48,684 nucleotides of DNA from Bacillales bacterium UBA2450. GTDB taxonomy: Bacteria; Bacillota_I; Bacilli_A; RFN20; CAG-826. The notes under the pieces are model-generated. The model saw nothing but the letters and a program-made list of their open reading frames with translations. It was not told where the DNA came from and made no database searches. This document shows positions 12,149 to 21,955 of the stretch, in pieces. The stretch is taken from NCBI GenBank assembly GCA_002342545.1, contig DDQE01000058.1:1-48684 (forward strand). The letters run 5' to 3'. The first letter of the stretch is position 1, and every line of letters begins with the position of its first letter. A program made the position numbers and the translations under genes.

Positions 12149-12661
12149 ATGATTTGTAAATACTGTAATAAAGAAATACCAGATGGTAGTAAATACTGCC
12201 CATTTTGTGGAGCGTATTTAGAAGAAGTTAGTGAAACTTCAGTTAATCAAATTAAAGAAGGTAGTGGACCAGTTAATGGACCAGTAGTGGGCTCTAGTGG
12301 AGAGGCTATTACTGTTGAAAATTTTAGGTCTTTACCAACTTATAAACCTAGATTACATAAAATGCTGTTGTTTCTTGGCTTAGCCTTTGGTTTCTTTGCT
12401 TTGGCATTATTAGGTTCTTTAATGGTGAAAATTATTGGTAATGGCTCCGCAAAGGTGCCTGGAATTATCATGCTAGTGTTAGGGTTAGTTGCTGGAATTG
12501 TTTTCTTTTCTATTGGTATGTCACTTAACCGAAAAGTATTTCCGAATGTAAATACAAAAATGAAAGGGATAGAAATTCTTGTTCCTTTGTTTGTCGCTTT
12601 TGGCCTTACATTTGCGGTAGTGGCCTTAGTCTTACAAGGATTAGTGTTAGTCATCTATTAG
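12149..12661 (+). CDS. Zinc-ribbon membrane protein
   Basis: CKYC...CPFCG N-terminus, three hydrophobic segments; AGGAGG RBS. Confidence 0.8.
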   Translation: MICKYCNKEIPDGSKYCPFCGAYLEEVSETSVNQIKEGSGPVNGPVVGSSGEAITVENFRSLPTYKPRLHKMLLFLGLAFGFFALALLGSLMVKIIGNGSAKVPGIIMLVLGLVAGIVFFSIGMSLNRKVFPNVNTKMKGIEILVPLFVAFGLTFAVVALVLQGLVLVIY

Positions 12662-12675
12662 CGTATAGTCTATAT

Positions 12676-12698
12676 ACCAGCGTCATCGCTGGTTTTTT
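12676..12698 (+). terminator. Intrinsic terminator
   Basis: ACCAGCG-tcat-CGCTGGT then T-tract. Confidence 0.8.
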
Positions 12699-12735
12699 AT
12701 TGTGATAAAGTTAGTAAAAAGAGTAGAATGTAGAC

Positions 12736-14703
12736 ATGAAAAAACTTAACAACGCGTGGCTACTTTTAATTGCCCCTATTTCTATTTGCTTGTTTGGTTG
12801 TGTCTATTCTACACCTTCTAAAAAAGAACTTAGAATATACTCTTATCCTCATAAAACTCAATTTGAGATTGGTGAAGCTTTTTCTAGTGAAGGATTAGTG
12901 GTTGTTGATAATAAAACTTCAGAACAATTAAAAGATTATTCCACTTCCATTAGTGATGGATATGTTTTTAAACAAGCCGACAAGTCAGATGCTTTTAAAA
13001 TAACTATTTCTAAAGAATCTTATAAAGATATAAGTTTTACAGTAAGAGTTATCGCAAAAATTAGTCCAGAATTAACAAAATTAACTGCACCAATTATCTC
13101 TATTAATAATAACGTTGTTTCTTGGAATAGTGTCTCTCACGCTAGTGGATATCTATATTCTATTACTGGAGAAAAAAATAAGAGTGGCTCCTTAACTTCT
13201 ACTAGTTTAGATGTCTCTACTTTAAGCTTAGCGGATGGAGATTATTCCATAAGCGTTATCGCTAAAGGAGATAATATTTATTATTCAGATTCTGATAGTA
13301 GTAATGTAGTGAATTTCTCTATTAGTAGTAGTCCAATTGATCCGCCTAGTAATATTGACATGTCTATTTATTATATAAACGATACACATGGTTCATTTAT
13401 TCGTGACGCGGATAATTATGAAGCAGGAATAAGCTATATTTCTAAGTATATTAAAACTCATAGAGATAAATATTCTCTTACTCTTTCTGGTGGAGATATG
13501 TTTCAAGGTGGATACGAATCGAATGAAACTAGAGGGCAGATAATGATTGAAGCGATGAATGAAATTGGCTTTGATGCGATGTCTCTTGGTAACCATGAAT
13601 TTGACTGGGGCGAAAAAGCGATTGAAACTTTTGCTACAAGCTTAGATTGCGACATTATTTCTTGTAACACTTTTTATAGTTCAGATAACCTCACTAGACC
13701 TAGTTGGTTATCTCCATATACAATCGTTCAAAAAAGTGGTGTGAAGATTGGTATTATTGGGGCCATTCAAGAAGGAATTGAGACCTCGATTACTGGTAGT
13801 ATTTCTGATAAATTCTATTTCCCTAGTGCGAATAGTTATATTAAAGAATATTCAACTTATTTAAGAAAAGATAAAGGATGCGATGTGATTATCGCTAGTT
13901 TCCATGATAAAGGATTTGAAGGAAGTAGTGGTGAACCTAGTAAATTTTCTGATTTAACTCAAACTGATCCATCCACTAATTTAAAATACGTTGATGCGAT
14001 GTTTTTTGCTCATGACCACATTAGTAAAAAAGGTACATATAATGGAGTTCCTTATTTAGAAGCAGGAAGTAACGGCAAATATATTGGAATTATGAATTTA
14101 TCTTTGTCATATCAAAATAATCGTTATTTAGTTAGTAGTGGCACCCCTAATGTTATTTATGCTTATAGTAACACCTCTGAAGCGGACCCAAATATTGAAG
14201 CGATTACTCAAAAAGAAGAATATTCTGATATGATCGCCCATGCAGATGATTCTATTTATACTTTCTCTAAATATTATTCCAGAGAAAGTTTTACTTATGT
14301 TGTTTGCCAAGCAATGTATTGGTATGTCAACTCCCATAAGAGTGAATTCGATAATGTGACTATTTATTTTGCTAGCCATAATACAGGTGGAATTAGAAGT
14401 ACAGTGGACGCTGGAGAGATGACTAGAAGAAAATTAATTAAAGTCTTCCCGTTTGATAACTTGCTATCTATTCAAGAATGTAATTCCACGAATATATCAA
14501 ATATGGAAGAATCTTCCTATTATCGTACTTATAAAGAAGGTAACCCAGTATATGTTAACGGATTAACTCATGCGGTGAGTATTTCTTATATTACTGAATA
14601 TAAATATGCAAAATATTATCAACAAAGTTATAAGAATTATGATATTACCGCTAGAGCGGCATTAGTGGCTTATTTACTTAGTGGTGTGAACCCTAATTTA
14701 TAG
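12736..14703 (+). CDS. 5'-nucleotidase/metallophosphoesterase lipoprotein with N-terminal Ig/FN3-like domains
   Basis: LFGC lipobox; NDTHG, GGDMFQG, LGNHEFD, AHDH metal motifs; NTGGIR and FPFDN of the 5'-nucleotidase C-domain. Confidence 0.88.
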   Translation: MKKLNNAWLLLIAPISICLFGCVYSTPSKKELRIYSYPHKTQFEIGEAFSSEGLVVVDNKTSEQLKDYSTSISDGYVFKQADKSDAFKITISKESYKDISFTVRVIAKISPELTKLTAPIISINNNVVSWNSVSHASGYLYSITGEKNKSGSLTSTSLDVSTLSLADGDYSISVIAKGDNIYYSDSDSSNVVNFSISSSPIDPPSNIDMSIYYINDTHGSFIRDADNYEAGISYISKYIKTHRDKYSLTLSGGDMFQGGYESNETRGQIMIEAMNEIGFDAMSLGNHEFDWGEKAIETFATSLDCDIISCNTFYSSDNLTRPSWLSPYTIVQKSGVKIGIIGAIQEGIETSITGSISDKFYFPSANSYIKEYSTYLRKDKGCDVIIASFHDKGFEGSSGEPSKFSDLTQTDPSTNLKYVDAMFFAHDHISKKGTYNGVPYLEAGSNGKYIGIMNLSLSYQNNRYLVSSGTPNVIYAYSNTSEADPNIEAITQKEEYSDMIAHADDSIYTFSKYYSRESFTYVVCQAMYWYVNSHKSEFDNVTIYFASHNTGGIRSTVDAGEMTRRKLIKVFPFDNLLSIQECNSTNISNMEESSYYRTYKEGNPVYVNGLTHAVSISYITEYKYAKYYQQSYKNYDITARAALVAYLLSGVNPNL

Positions 14704-14741
14704 TTTTCACTAGAAATTATTTTTATTTTTAAGTTTTGATG

Positions 14742-14823
14742 TATGCCAAAATGGCAAATTTACATAAATTATAATATGCCAAAATGGTAACTTTAAAGTT
14801 GACAAAATATGCCAAAATGGTAA
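14742..14823 (+). repeat. Three operator-like repeats TATGCCAAAATGGYAA at 33-bp period, overlapping a promoter
   Basis: Copies start at 14742, 14775 and 14808; palindromic core TGCCA-aaa-TGGCA; TTGACA at 14799-14804. Confidence 0.85.
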
Positions 14824-14834
14824 ATTATAAGTGT

Positions 14835-15302
14835 ATGAATTTAATAGAGATAAGAAAACGTAATGGATTAACACAAAAAGAAGCAGCGGCTATGCTTGGC
14901 ATTCCATATCGTACTTATATCCGCTATGAAGAAAATGAGACGTATGCGGACTCATATAAGTATAAGATGATAACTGAAAAACTTTTTGATTTATTAAAAA
15001 TTGATGAAGAACACGGCATATTATCAGTAGATAAAATAAAAGAATTATTGCTTCCAATTTTAAAATCAAAAAATATTGCAAAATGTTATCTATTTGGCAG
15101 CTATGCACGTAATGAGGCAAGAGAAAATAGTGATGTTGATTTACTTATAGATACAAATATTACAGGATTAGATTTTTTTAACCTAGCAGAGGAAATGAGA
15201 TCTGTATTAAAGAAAAAAATCGACTTAGTTAGGCTAAAAGATCTACGCTCTGATAACCCGATTATCTTAGAAATATTGAAGGAGGGTATTAGATTAATAT
15301 GA
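14835..15302 (+). CDS. XRE-HTH fused minimal nucleotidyltransferase (MNT-type antitoxin)
   Basis: RKRNGLTQKEAAAMLGIPYRTYIRYE HTH; YLFGSYAR...SDVDLL and KIDLV NTase motifs; start set at ATG 14835 because the upstream ATGs lie inside the operator repeats. Confidence 0.85.
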   Translation: MNLIEIRKRNGLTQKEAAAMLGIPYRTYIRYEENETYADSYKYKMITEKLFDLLKIDEEHGILSVDKIKELLLPILKSKNIAKCYLFGSYARNEARENSDVDLLIDTNITGLDFFNLAEEMRSVLKKKIDLVRLKDLRSDNPIILEILKEGIRLI

Positions 15303-15388
15303 TTGAACAAACAGATTATAGAATTATCTCAATGATGATTGAAAAAGCAAATAGAATAATAGAAATCTATTCTAAAAGCGGAATTTAG
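15299..15388 (+). pseudogene. Probable truncated HEPN/DUF86 toxin remnant (29 aa)
   Basis: ATGA overlap with MNT stop, GGAGG RBS; MIEQTDYRIISMMIEKANRIIEIY resembles first helix of HepT-like toxins; stops early. Confidence 0.5.
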
Positions 15389-15583
15389 TATTTCAAGTTA
15401 TATAAATAAAAATTTTTTCATTTTTTTGTTGCGTGATTTTTTTACCTATATATAATATATGAGCGTGTGAAATTGGAGCACGTTGACCGTTGAGGTCGCT
15501 TTTTTAAGGAAAGAAGCCGACACACCCGGTAACGTGGACAGTTCACAAGTCAAAAACTAATAAGTAATTGAAAGGAGCAATAT

Positions 15584-16003
15584 ATGCCAACAATTAATCA
15601 ATTAGTCCGTGAAGGTCGTAGAACCGCCACTGTAAAATCAAAAGCTCCTGCTCTTGGTAAAAGATGGAACTCTTTAAAGAAAAAAGAAACCAACCAAGCA
15701 GCTAGCCAAAAAAGAGGTGTTTGTACCCGTGTTGGTACCATGACCCCTAAAAAACCAAACTCTGCTTTAAGAAAATACGCTCGTGTTAGATTAAGCAATG
15801 GTTATGAAGTTACAGCCTATATTGGTGGTGAAGGACATAACTTACAAGAACACTCAACCGTCATGATTAGAGGCGGCCGTGTTAAGGACTTACCAGGTGT
15901 TCGTTATCACATTATTAGAGGAACACTTGACTGCGCCGGAATTGAAGCACGTCGTCAAGGACGTAGCTTATATGGTTCTAAGAAACCAAAAGCGGCGAAA
16001 TAA
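15584..16003 (+). CDS. rpsL: 30S ribosomal protein S12
   Basis: [28 protein letters not shown]. Confidence 0.99.
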   Translation: MPTINQLVREGRRTATVKSKAPALGKRWNSLKKKETNQAASQKRGVCTRVGTMTPKKPNSALRKYARVRLSNGYEVTAYIGGEGHNLQEHSTVMIRGGRVKDLPGVRYHIIRGTLDCAGIEARRQGRSLYGSKKPKAAK

Positions 16004-16022
16004 TTAGAAGGAGGAAAGAAAG

Positions 16023-16493
16023 ATGCCACGTAAAGGAAGCGTAAGTAAACGTGATGTGTTACCAGATCCAATTTACAATTCAAAACTCGTAACACGTTTA
16101 ATTAACAAAATCATGATTGATGGCAAAAAAGGAACAGCACAAACTATTCTTTATTCCGCCTTCAACAAAATTGAAGCAAAGACCGGTAAACCAGCAATGG
16201 ACGTCTTCGCTACCGCAATCAACAACATCATGCCTGAAGTTGAATTAAAGGTCAGAAGAATTGGTGCGGCTAACTACCAAGTACCTACTGAAGTTTCTCC
16301 AGAAAGAAAAGTTACATTAGGTTTAAGATGGTTAGTTAACTATTCTAGACTCAGAAACGAAAAAAGCATGGAAGAAAGATTAGCGGGCGAAATCATTGAC
16401 GCTGCTAATGGCACTGGTGCTTCAGTGAAAAAGAGAGAAGATACCCACAAGATGGCAGAAGCTAATAAGGCTTATGCACATTACCGTTGGTAA
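16023..16493 (+). CDS. rpsG: 30S ribosomal protein S7
   Basis: [27 protein letters not shown]. Confidence 0.99.
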   Translation: MPRKGSVSKRDVLPDPIYNSKLVTRLINKIMIDGKKGTAQTILYSAFNKIEAKTGKPAMDVFATAINNIMPEVELKVRRIGAANYQVPTEVSPERKVTLGLRWLVNYSRLRNEKSMEERLAGEIIDAANGTGASVKKREDTHKMAEANKAYAHYRW

Positions 16494-16511
16494 TCTAAGG
16501 AGAAGAAATCT

Positions 16512-18587
16512 ATGGCACGTGAATTTGATTTAGCTCATACACGTAACATTGGTATCATGGCTCATATCGATGCCGGTAAAACCACAACCACAGAACGTAT
16601 TCTCTTCTTTACCGGAAAGATCCATAAAATTGGTGAAGTGCACGAAGGTGCCGCCACAATGGACTGGATGGAACAAGAACAAGAAAGAGGTATTACCATT
16701 ACCTCCGCAGCGACAACTGCTTTCTGGAAAGGTAATAGAATTAACATTATCGACACTCCAGGGCACGTCGACTTCACAGTTGAAGTTGAAAGATCGCTTC
16801 GTGTCTTAGATGGTGCTGTCACTGTCTTAGATGGTAAAAATGGTGTTGAACCACAAACTGAAACAGTTTGGAGACAAGGTTCAAAATATGGCGTTCCAAG
16901 AATTGTCTTTGTTAACAAATTGGACGCTATCGGTGCGGACTTCGAAATGTGTGTTCGTTCCTTAAAGGAAAGACTTGGCGCTAATGCAAAAGCTGTCCAA
17001 CTTCCAATCGGTATTGAATCTACCTTAAGAGGTGCAGTCGATATCATTGAAAGAAAAGCTTATGTCTATGAAGCTGGTAGCCAAGAACCAAAAGAAGTAC
17101 CTGTACCAGAAGATATGGTTGATTCAATGGAATCTCATAGAGCAGAATTATTAGAAGCTCTTGCCGCCTTCGATGATGAATTCATGATGAAAGTCTTAGA
17201 AGGTGAAGATCCAACCGTTGAAGAAATCAAATCTGTAATCAGAAAAGCAGTCTTAACTGGTGAGTTCCACCCAGTATTCTGCGGAAGTGCTTATAAGAAC
17301 AAGAACATTCAACTTTTATTAGATGGTGTTATTGATTATCTTCCAAGTCCATTAGACATCCCTGCTGCAAAAGGCACTGATGAAGAAGGAAACGAAGTTA
17401 CTTGTAAGCCAGATGATAACGCTCCTCTTGGTGCGTTAGCCTTCAAAATCGCTACTGACCCATTTATTGGTAGATTAGCCTATGTTCGTGTCTATAGCGG
17501 TACACTTAAATCTGGAAGTTATGTCTTAAACTCCACTAAAGGTGTTAAAGAAAGAATTGCTCGTGTTGTCTTAATGCACTCTAACCACAGACAAGAAGTT
17601 GATGAACTTCATGCTGGTGATATTGGTGCTGTTGTCGGACTTAAGAATACCACTACAGGTGATACCTTATGTGACGAAAAGAACCCAGTGATTCTTGAAA
17701 AGATGGAATTCCCAGATCCAGTTATTGAAGAAGCAGTGGAACCAAAGACCAAGGCTGACCAAGAAAAAATGTCTATCGCGCTTCAAAAACTCGCTGAAGA
17801 AGATCCAACCTTCAGAGTGAGAACTAATGCGGAGACTGGTCAAACCATTATTGCTGGAGTTGGTGAATTACACTTAGACATCATCGTTGACCGTATGAGA
17901 AGAGAATTCAATGTTGCGGTTAATGTTGGTGCTCCACAAGTTGAATACCGTGAAACCATTAAAGGTACAGCGGATTGTGAAGGTAAATACATCAAACAAT
18001 CTGGTGGTCGTGGACAATACGGTCACGTTTGGATCAAATTTGAACCAAACCCAGGAAAAGGCTTCGAATTCGTCGATGCGATTGTTGGTGGATCTGTTCC
18101 AAGAGAATATATCAAACCAACTCAAGACGGCTTAGTTGATGCCTTAGGTAGAGGCATGATTGCTGGATTCCAAGTCATGGATATTAAAGCTACATTATTC
18201 GATGGTAGTTACCATGATGTTGACTCTTCCGAAGCTGCTTATAAGATTGCTGCTAGTATGGCTCTTAAAGAAGCCGCAAAGAAGTGTAACCCAGTGATCT
18301 TAGAACCAATCATGAAGATTGAAGTTACTGTTCCAGAACAATATTATGGTGATGTTCTTGGTGATATTGCTAGAAGACGTGGACTCGTCACTGGTGAATC
18401 TCAAAGAAGTAACGCTAAAATTATTGAAGCGGAAGTACCACTCTCAGAAATGTTTGGTTACGTTACCGACTTACGTAGTATGACCCAAGGACGTGGTAAC
18501 TACGCAATGCAATTCGACCATTATGGCGAATGCCCAAGATACGTCCAAGACGAAATTATTAAGAAAAGCGGGATGTCTGCTCGCTAA
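16512..18587 (+). CDS. fusA: Elongation factor G
   Basis: [38 protein letters not shown]. Confidence 0.99.
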   Translation: MAREFDLAHTRNIGIMAHIDAGKTTTTERILFFTGKIHKIGEVHEGAATMDWMEQEQERGITITSAATTAFWKGNRINIIDTPGHVDFTVEVERSLRVLDGAVTVLDGKNGVEPQTETVWRQGSKYGVPRIVFVNKLDAIGADFEMCVRSLKERLGANAKAVQLPIGIESTLRGAVDIIERKAYVYEAGSQEPKEVPVPEDMVDSMESHRAELLEALAAFDDEFMMKVLEGEDPTVEEIKSVIRKAVLTGEFHPVFCGSAYKNKNIQLLLDGVIDYLPSPLDIPAAKGTDEEGNEVTCKPDDNAPLGALAFKIATDPFIGRLAYVRVYSGTLKSGSYVLNSTKGVKERIARVVLMHSNHRQEVDELHAGDIGAVVGLKNTTTGDTLCDEKNPVILEKMEFPDPVIEEAVEPKTKADQEKMSIALQKLAEEDPTFRVRTNAETGQTIIAGVGELHLDIIVDRMRREFNVAVNVGAPQVEYRETIKGTADCEGKYIKQSGGRGQYGHVWIKFEPNPGKGFEFVDAIVGGSVPREYIKPTQDGLVDALGRGMIAGFQVMDIKATLFDGSYHDVDSSEAAYKIAASMALKEAAKKCNPVILEPIMKIEVTVPEQYYGDVLGDIARRRGLVTGESQRSNAKIIEAEVPLSEMFGYVTDLRSMTQGRGNYAMQFDHYGECPRYVQDEIIKKSGMSAR

Positions 18588-18693
18588 TCTTAATGTAAGA
18601 TAATTATTACCAATAGATTGGTATTGATTATAAATTAAACTTGCTATATATTAAAAATGTTGAATTCATTTATTGAAAGGAGAAATTCATACA

Positions 18694-19878
18694 ATGGCAA
18701 AGGAAAAATTTGACAGATCTAAAGAGCACGTTAACATTGGTACCATTGGTCACGTTGACCACGGTAAGACCACATTAACTGCCGCTATTACAACTGTCTT
18801 AGCAAAAAAAGGCTTATCTGAAAAGAAAGCATACGATCAAATCGATGCTGCTCCAGAAGAAAAAGCTCGTGGTATTACAATTAATACTGCCCACATTGAG
18901 TATCAAACAGAAAAAAGACACTATGCACACGTCGACTGTCCAGGTCACGCTGACTATGTCAAAAACATGATTACTGGTGCTGCTCAAATGGATGGTGCAA
19001 TCTTAGTTGTTGCCGGTACTGATGGCGTTATGCCACAAACTCGTGAACACATCTTACTTGCTCGTCAAGTCGGTGTTCCTTACATCGTCGTCTTCATTAA
19101 TAAGACTGACTTAGTCGATGACCCAGAATTATTAGACTTGGTTGAAATGGATGTCCGTGACTTATTAAATAGCTATGGCTTCCCTGGAGATGAAGTCCCA
19201 GTGATTCGTGGTTCCGCTAGAGCTGCTCTTGATGGAGATCCAAAAGCTGAAGCTGCAATTATGGAATTAATGGATGCATGTGATAACTATATCCCAGCTC
19301 CAACCAGAGATACCGATAAACCATTCTTACTCGCTATCGAAGACGTTATGACTATTTCCGGACGTGGTACAGTCGTTACTGGCCGTGTTGAAAGAGGTAG
19401 TGCTAAACTCGGTGACGAAGTTGAAATCGTTGGTATTAGAGAAACTCAAAAATCAGTTATTACTGGTCTTGAATCCTTCAGAAAAACTTGTGACTATGTC
19501 CAAGCTGGTGATAACGTTGGTGTCCTTTTAAGAGGTATCAACCGTGATCAAGTCCAACGTGGTCAAGTTCTTGCAAAACCAGGAACCGTTACTCCACACA
19601 CCAAATTCAAAGCTTCTGTTTACGTTTTAACCAAAGAAGAAGGTGGCCGTCATACAGCTTTCTTAAGCAACTACCGTCCACAATTCTACTTCCGTACAAC
19701 TGATGTTACTGGTGTTATCACTCTTCCAGCTGGAACCGACATGGTTATGCCAGGCGATAACGTTGAATTAACCGTTGAATTAATTCACCCAATCGCTCTT
19801 GAAAAAGGTACCAAATTCTCCATCCGTGAAGGTGGTAGAACCGTTGGTGCTGGTACAGTTAACGAAATCCTTAAATAA
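18694..19878 (+). CDS. tuf: Elongation factor Tu
   Basis: ATG 18694 after AAAGGAG; [25 protein letters not shown]. Confidence 0.99.
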   Translation: MAKEKFDRSKEHVNIGTIGHVDHGKTTLTAAITTVLAKKGLSEKKAYDQIDAAPEEKARGITINTAHIEYQTEKRHYAHVDCPGHADYVKNMITGAAQMDGAILVVAGTDGVMPQTREHILLARQVGVPYIVVFINKTDLVDDPELLDLVEMDVRDLLNSYGFPGDEVPVIRGSARAALDGDPKAEAAIMELMDACDNYIPAPTRDTDKPFLLAIEDVMTISGRGTVVTGRVERGSAKLGDEVEIVGIRETQKSVITGLESFRKTCDYVQAGDNVGVLLRGINRDQVQRGQVLAKPGTVTPHTKFKASVYVLTKEEGGRHTAFLSNYRPQFYFRTTDVTGVITLPAGTDMVMPGDNVELTVELIHPIALEKGTKFSIREGGRTVGAGTVNEILK

Positions 19879-19901
19879 TTTAGTTAACATATTAATCAAT
19901 T

Positions 19902-19926
19902 AGGAGATTCTTCGGAGTCTCCTTTT
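19902..19926 (+). terminator. Intrinsic terminator of str operon
   Basis: AGGAGATTC-ttcg-GAGTCTCCT then T-tract; UUCG tetraloop. Confidence 0.9.
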
Positions 19927-19941
19927 ATTTATCTTTTAGTA

Positions 19942-19970
19942 TTGCTAATGTATATCAATTGATTTATCAT
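19942..19970 (+). promoter_or_regulatory. Putative promoter of RelB/ParE module
   Basis: TTGCTA -17 bp- TATCAT with palindrome ATCAATTGAT in the spacer. Confidence 0.5.
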
Positions 19971-19994
19971 ATTTATGAAAGGAGGGAATATCTT

Positions 19995-20300
19995 ATGGCA
20001 AGTGATGCAGCAATTTTTGTGCGTATTGATTCAAATACGAAAACACAAGCTGAAGCGATATTAAGACAATTAGGTGTAACCCCTAGTGGATTAATAAATA
20101 TGCTTTATCACCAAGTTATTTTAACTGGGAAAATTCCATTTGATGTCTCCCTTCCTGTTAGAGAACCAATTGCAACAGGTGATATGTCTGAAGAAGAAGT
20201 AATGAAAATAGTTCAAACAGGGGTGGATGATGTCAAAGCCGGCAGAGTCATTTCCTTAGAAGATTTAGAACAATTTCTTAAAGAAAGATACGGACATTAG
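19995..20300 (+). CDS. RelB/DinJ-family antitoxin
   Basis: IFVRIDSNTKTQAEAILRQLG...IPF ribbon-helix-helix pattern; ATG 19995 after AAGGAGG. Confidence 0.88.
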   Translation: MASDAAIFVRIDSNTKTQAEAILRQLGVTPSGLINMLYHQVILTGKIPFDVSLPVREPIATGDMSEEEVMKIVQTGVDDVKAGRVISLEDLEQFLKERYGH

Positions 20301-20604
20301 TATCGAAGCATATAAAATTGAAATCACCAACTCATTCGCGATTGATATGGCTTTAATAATTGATTATATGACTTACCAATTGAATAATGAGATGGTTGCT
20401 GATACTTTTAGAGAAAAAGTCTTAGAGACAATCAAATCATTAACAACATTTCCGCTTAGATTTGCAGTTATTAAGGACGATATTCGAAAAGTATCTGTAA
20501 AAAAATTCAATATCTTCTATTCTGTTGATGAACTATTAAAAACAGTAAACATTCTTCATATTCTCTATCAAGGAAGAGACATAACTCAAATTAGCAATTG
20601 GTAA
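20290..20604 (+). CDS. RelE/ParE-family toxin (start uncertain: ACG at 20290 or ATG at 20347)
   Basis: In-frame YKIEITNSFAIDM upstream of the first ATG, then SLTTFPLRF, IRKVSVKKFNIFY, VNILHILY: RelE/ParE pattern. Confidence 0.8.
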   Translation, partial: TDISIEAYKIEITNSFAIDMALIIDYMTYQLNNEMVADTFREKVLETIKSLTTFPLRFAVIKDDIRKVSVKKFNIFYSVDELLKTVNILHILYQGRDITQISNW

Positions 20605-20637
20605 TATTAAAAGGCGAAAACAATCGCCTTTTAATAT
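20604..20637. terminator. Terminator hairpin, possibly bidirectional
   Basis: ATATTAAAAGGCGA-aaacaa-TCGCCTTTTAATAT perfect inverted repeat. Confidence 0.8.
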
Positions 20638-20749
20638 GTTTTAAAAACTAAATCGTAGATATTTATGTGGCTTTCTTTTATTTTTAGTGAATATTGACTA
20701 TAATAATAATAAATTAATTTATTATCAAAATTGATATAAGGTATTAATC

Positions 20750-21952
20750 ATGAATTTTAAAAAGAAATTATTTATTGGATTATCTTCTTTAGGTATTACA
20801 GTGGCAATGTCTGTTTTTGTTTTAAACTCTAATAAAGAGACTATTGCTACACTTGCATATTCAAATACCACCCCAGAAATCTACTATAGTGGAATTAGTG
20901 AATCTAGTAGTGGCACTACTTTATTATCTTCGCTTCAATCATTAAATACTTCTAAAAGAAGATCTTTGGTTGGTTATGATAATATGCCTAGTAAATTTCA
21001 ATTAACAGATCCAGGTACTTCTTCTGGCCAAGTGACCTCTTTTTATAGCGGCAAATCTGCTAAATATAGCGGAAATATGAACCGCGAACATACTTGGCCT
21101 GCTAGTAGAACTGTTGGTGGTCGTGGTAGTGACCCGTTGGAAGATGATATTCATATGACTCGTCCAACTTTAACATCTGATAATTCTAGTCGTGGTAATT
21201 CTTTATTTACATATTCAAATGAAAGAGGATGGGACCCTGCTAGTTTAGGTGTTGAATCGTATCGAGGAGATTCTGCAAGAATTATTTTCTATTGCGTTGT
21301 TGCTGACTCCCGATTAGGTTTAGTTGATCGCGATATCGATTCTTCTAGCAACCACACGATGGGAAAATTAAGTACATTACTTGAATGGAATTTAAAATAC
21401 CCGGTCTTAAATCGAGAAAAAACTCGAAATACTGAAGCTGAAAAACTTCAAGGAAATAGAAATCCATTTATCGATCATCCTGAATATGCTTGTAAGATAT
21501 GGGGTAATGAAAATGATAACACTCGTAAAGCTTGTGGTTTGTCACCAACTCCAACTCCAACCCCATCTGACACCATTACTGATATCGTACTAAATTATAC
21601 TGAAGCAACTTTAGATATTGGTGATTCTTTACAATTAACTGTGTCACCTAATCCATCTAGTGCAACATTACCCGAATTATATTGGGGAAGTTCTAATGAG
21701 AATGTTGCTCGTGTATCTGATAAAGGATTAGTTAGTGCCTATAGTGGAGGTAACGCCACCATTACAGTTATTACTAGTGATGGTAGACACGTTGCAACTT
21801 GTGAAATTACAGTTCGAGGCGGAGCTGCTTCTAGTAGCAGTGGTTGTGGAGGCAATGTAGTTACTACTAGTGTTCTTTTATCAACTATCTCTTTATTAGG
21901 TGCTGGATTGATAATTATTTCTAAAAATAAAAGAAAGAAAAATGAGGAATAA
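20750..21952 (+). CDS. Secreted endonuclease I-family (Bsn/EndA-like) nuclease with Ig-like domain and C-terminal anchor
   Basis: Signal peptide; NREHTWPAS, DDIHM, NSSRGN, RGDSAR, QGNRNPFIDHP; PT linker; WGSSNENVARV (Big_2-like); C-terminal TM with basic tail. Confidence 0.9.
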   Translation: MNFKKKLFIGLSSLGITVAMSVFVLNSNKETIATLAYSNTTPEIYYSGISESSSGTTLLSSLQSLNTSKRRSLVGYDNMPSKFQLTDPGTSSGQVTSFYSGKSAKYSGNMNREHTWPASRTVGGRGSDPLEDDIHMTRPTLTSDNSSRGNSLFTYSNERGWDPASLGVESYRGDSARIIFYCVVADSRLGLVDRDIDSSSNHTMGKLSTLLEWNLKYPVLNREKTRNTEAEKLQGNRNPFIDHPEYACKIWGNENDNTRKACGLSPTPTPTPSDTITDIVLNYTEATLDIGDSLQLTVSPNPSSATLPELYWGSSNENVARVSDKGLVSAYSGGNATITVITSDGRHVATCEITVRGGAASSSSGCGGNVVTTSVLLSTISLLGAGLIIISKNKRKKNEE

Positions 21953-21955
21953 AAA

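Noticed and set aside
14742-14823. Regularly spaced repeats as a mini CRISPR array
   Set aside because: Repeats are 16 bp with 17-bp spacers, overlap a promoter, and there are no cas genes; operators explain them better
14784-14834. Longer start for the HTH-MNT gene
   Set aside because: Those ATGs lie inside the operator repeats and upstream of the -10 element
15720-15900. Streptomycin-resistance changes in S12
   Set aside because: The TPKKPNS and RVKDLPG lysines are wild type
21542-21570. CCAACT short tandem repeat as a contingency locus
   Set aside because: In-frame, imperfect and encodes a Pro-Thr linker
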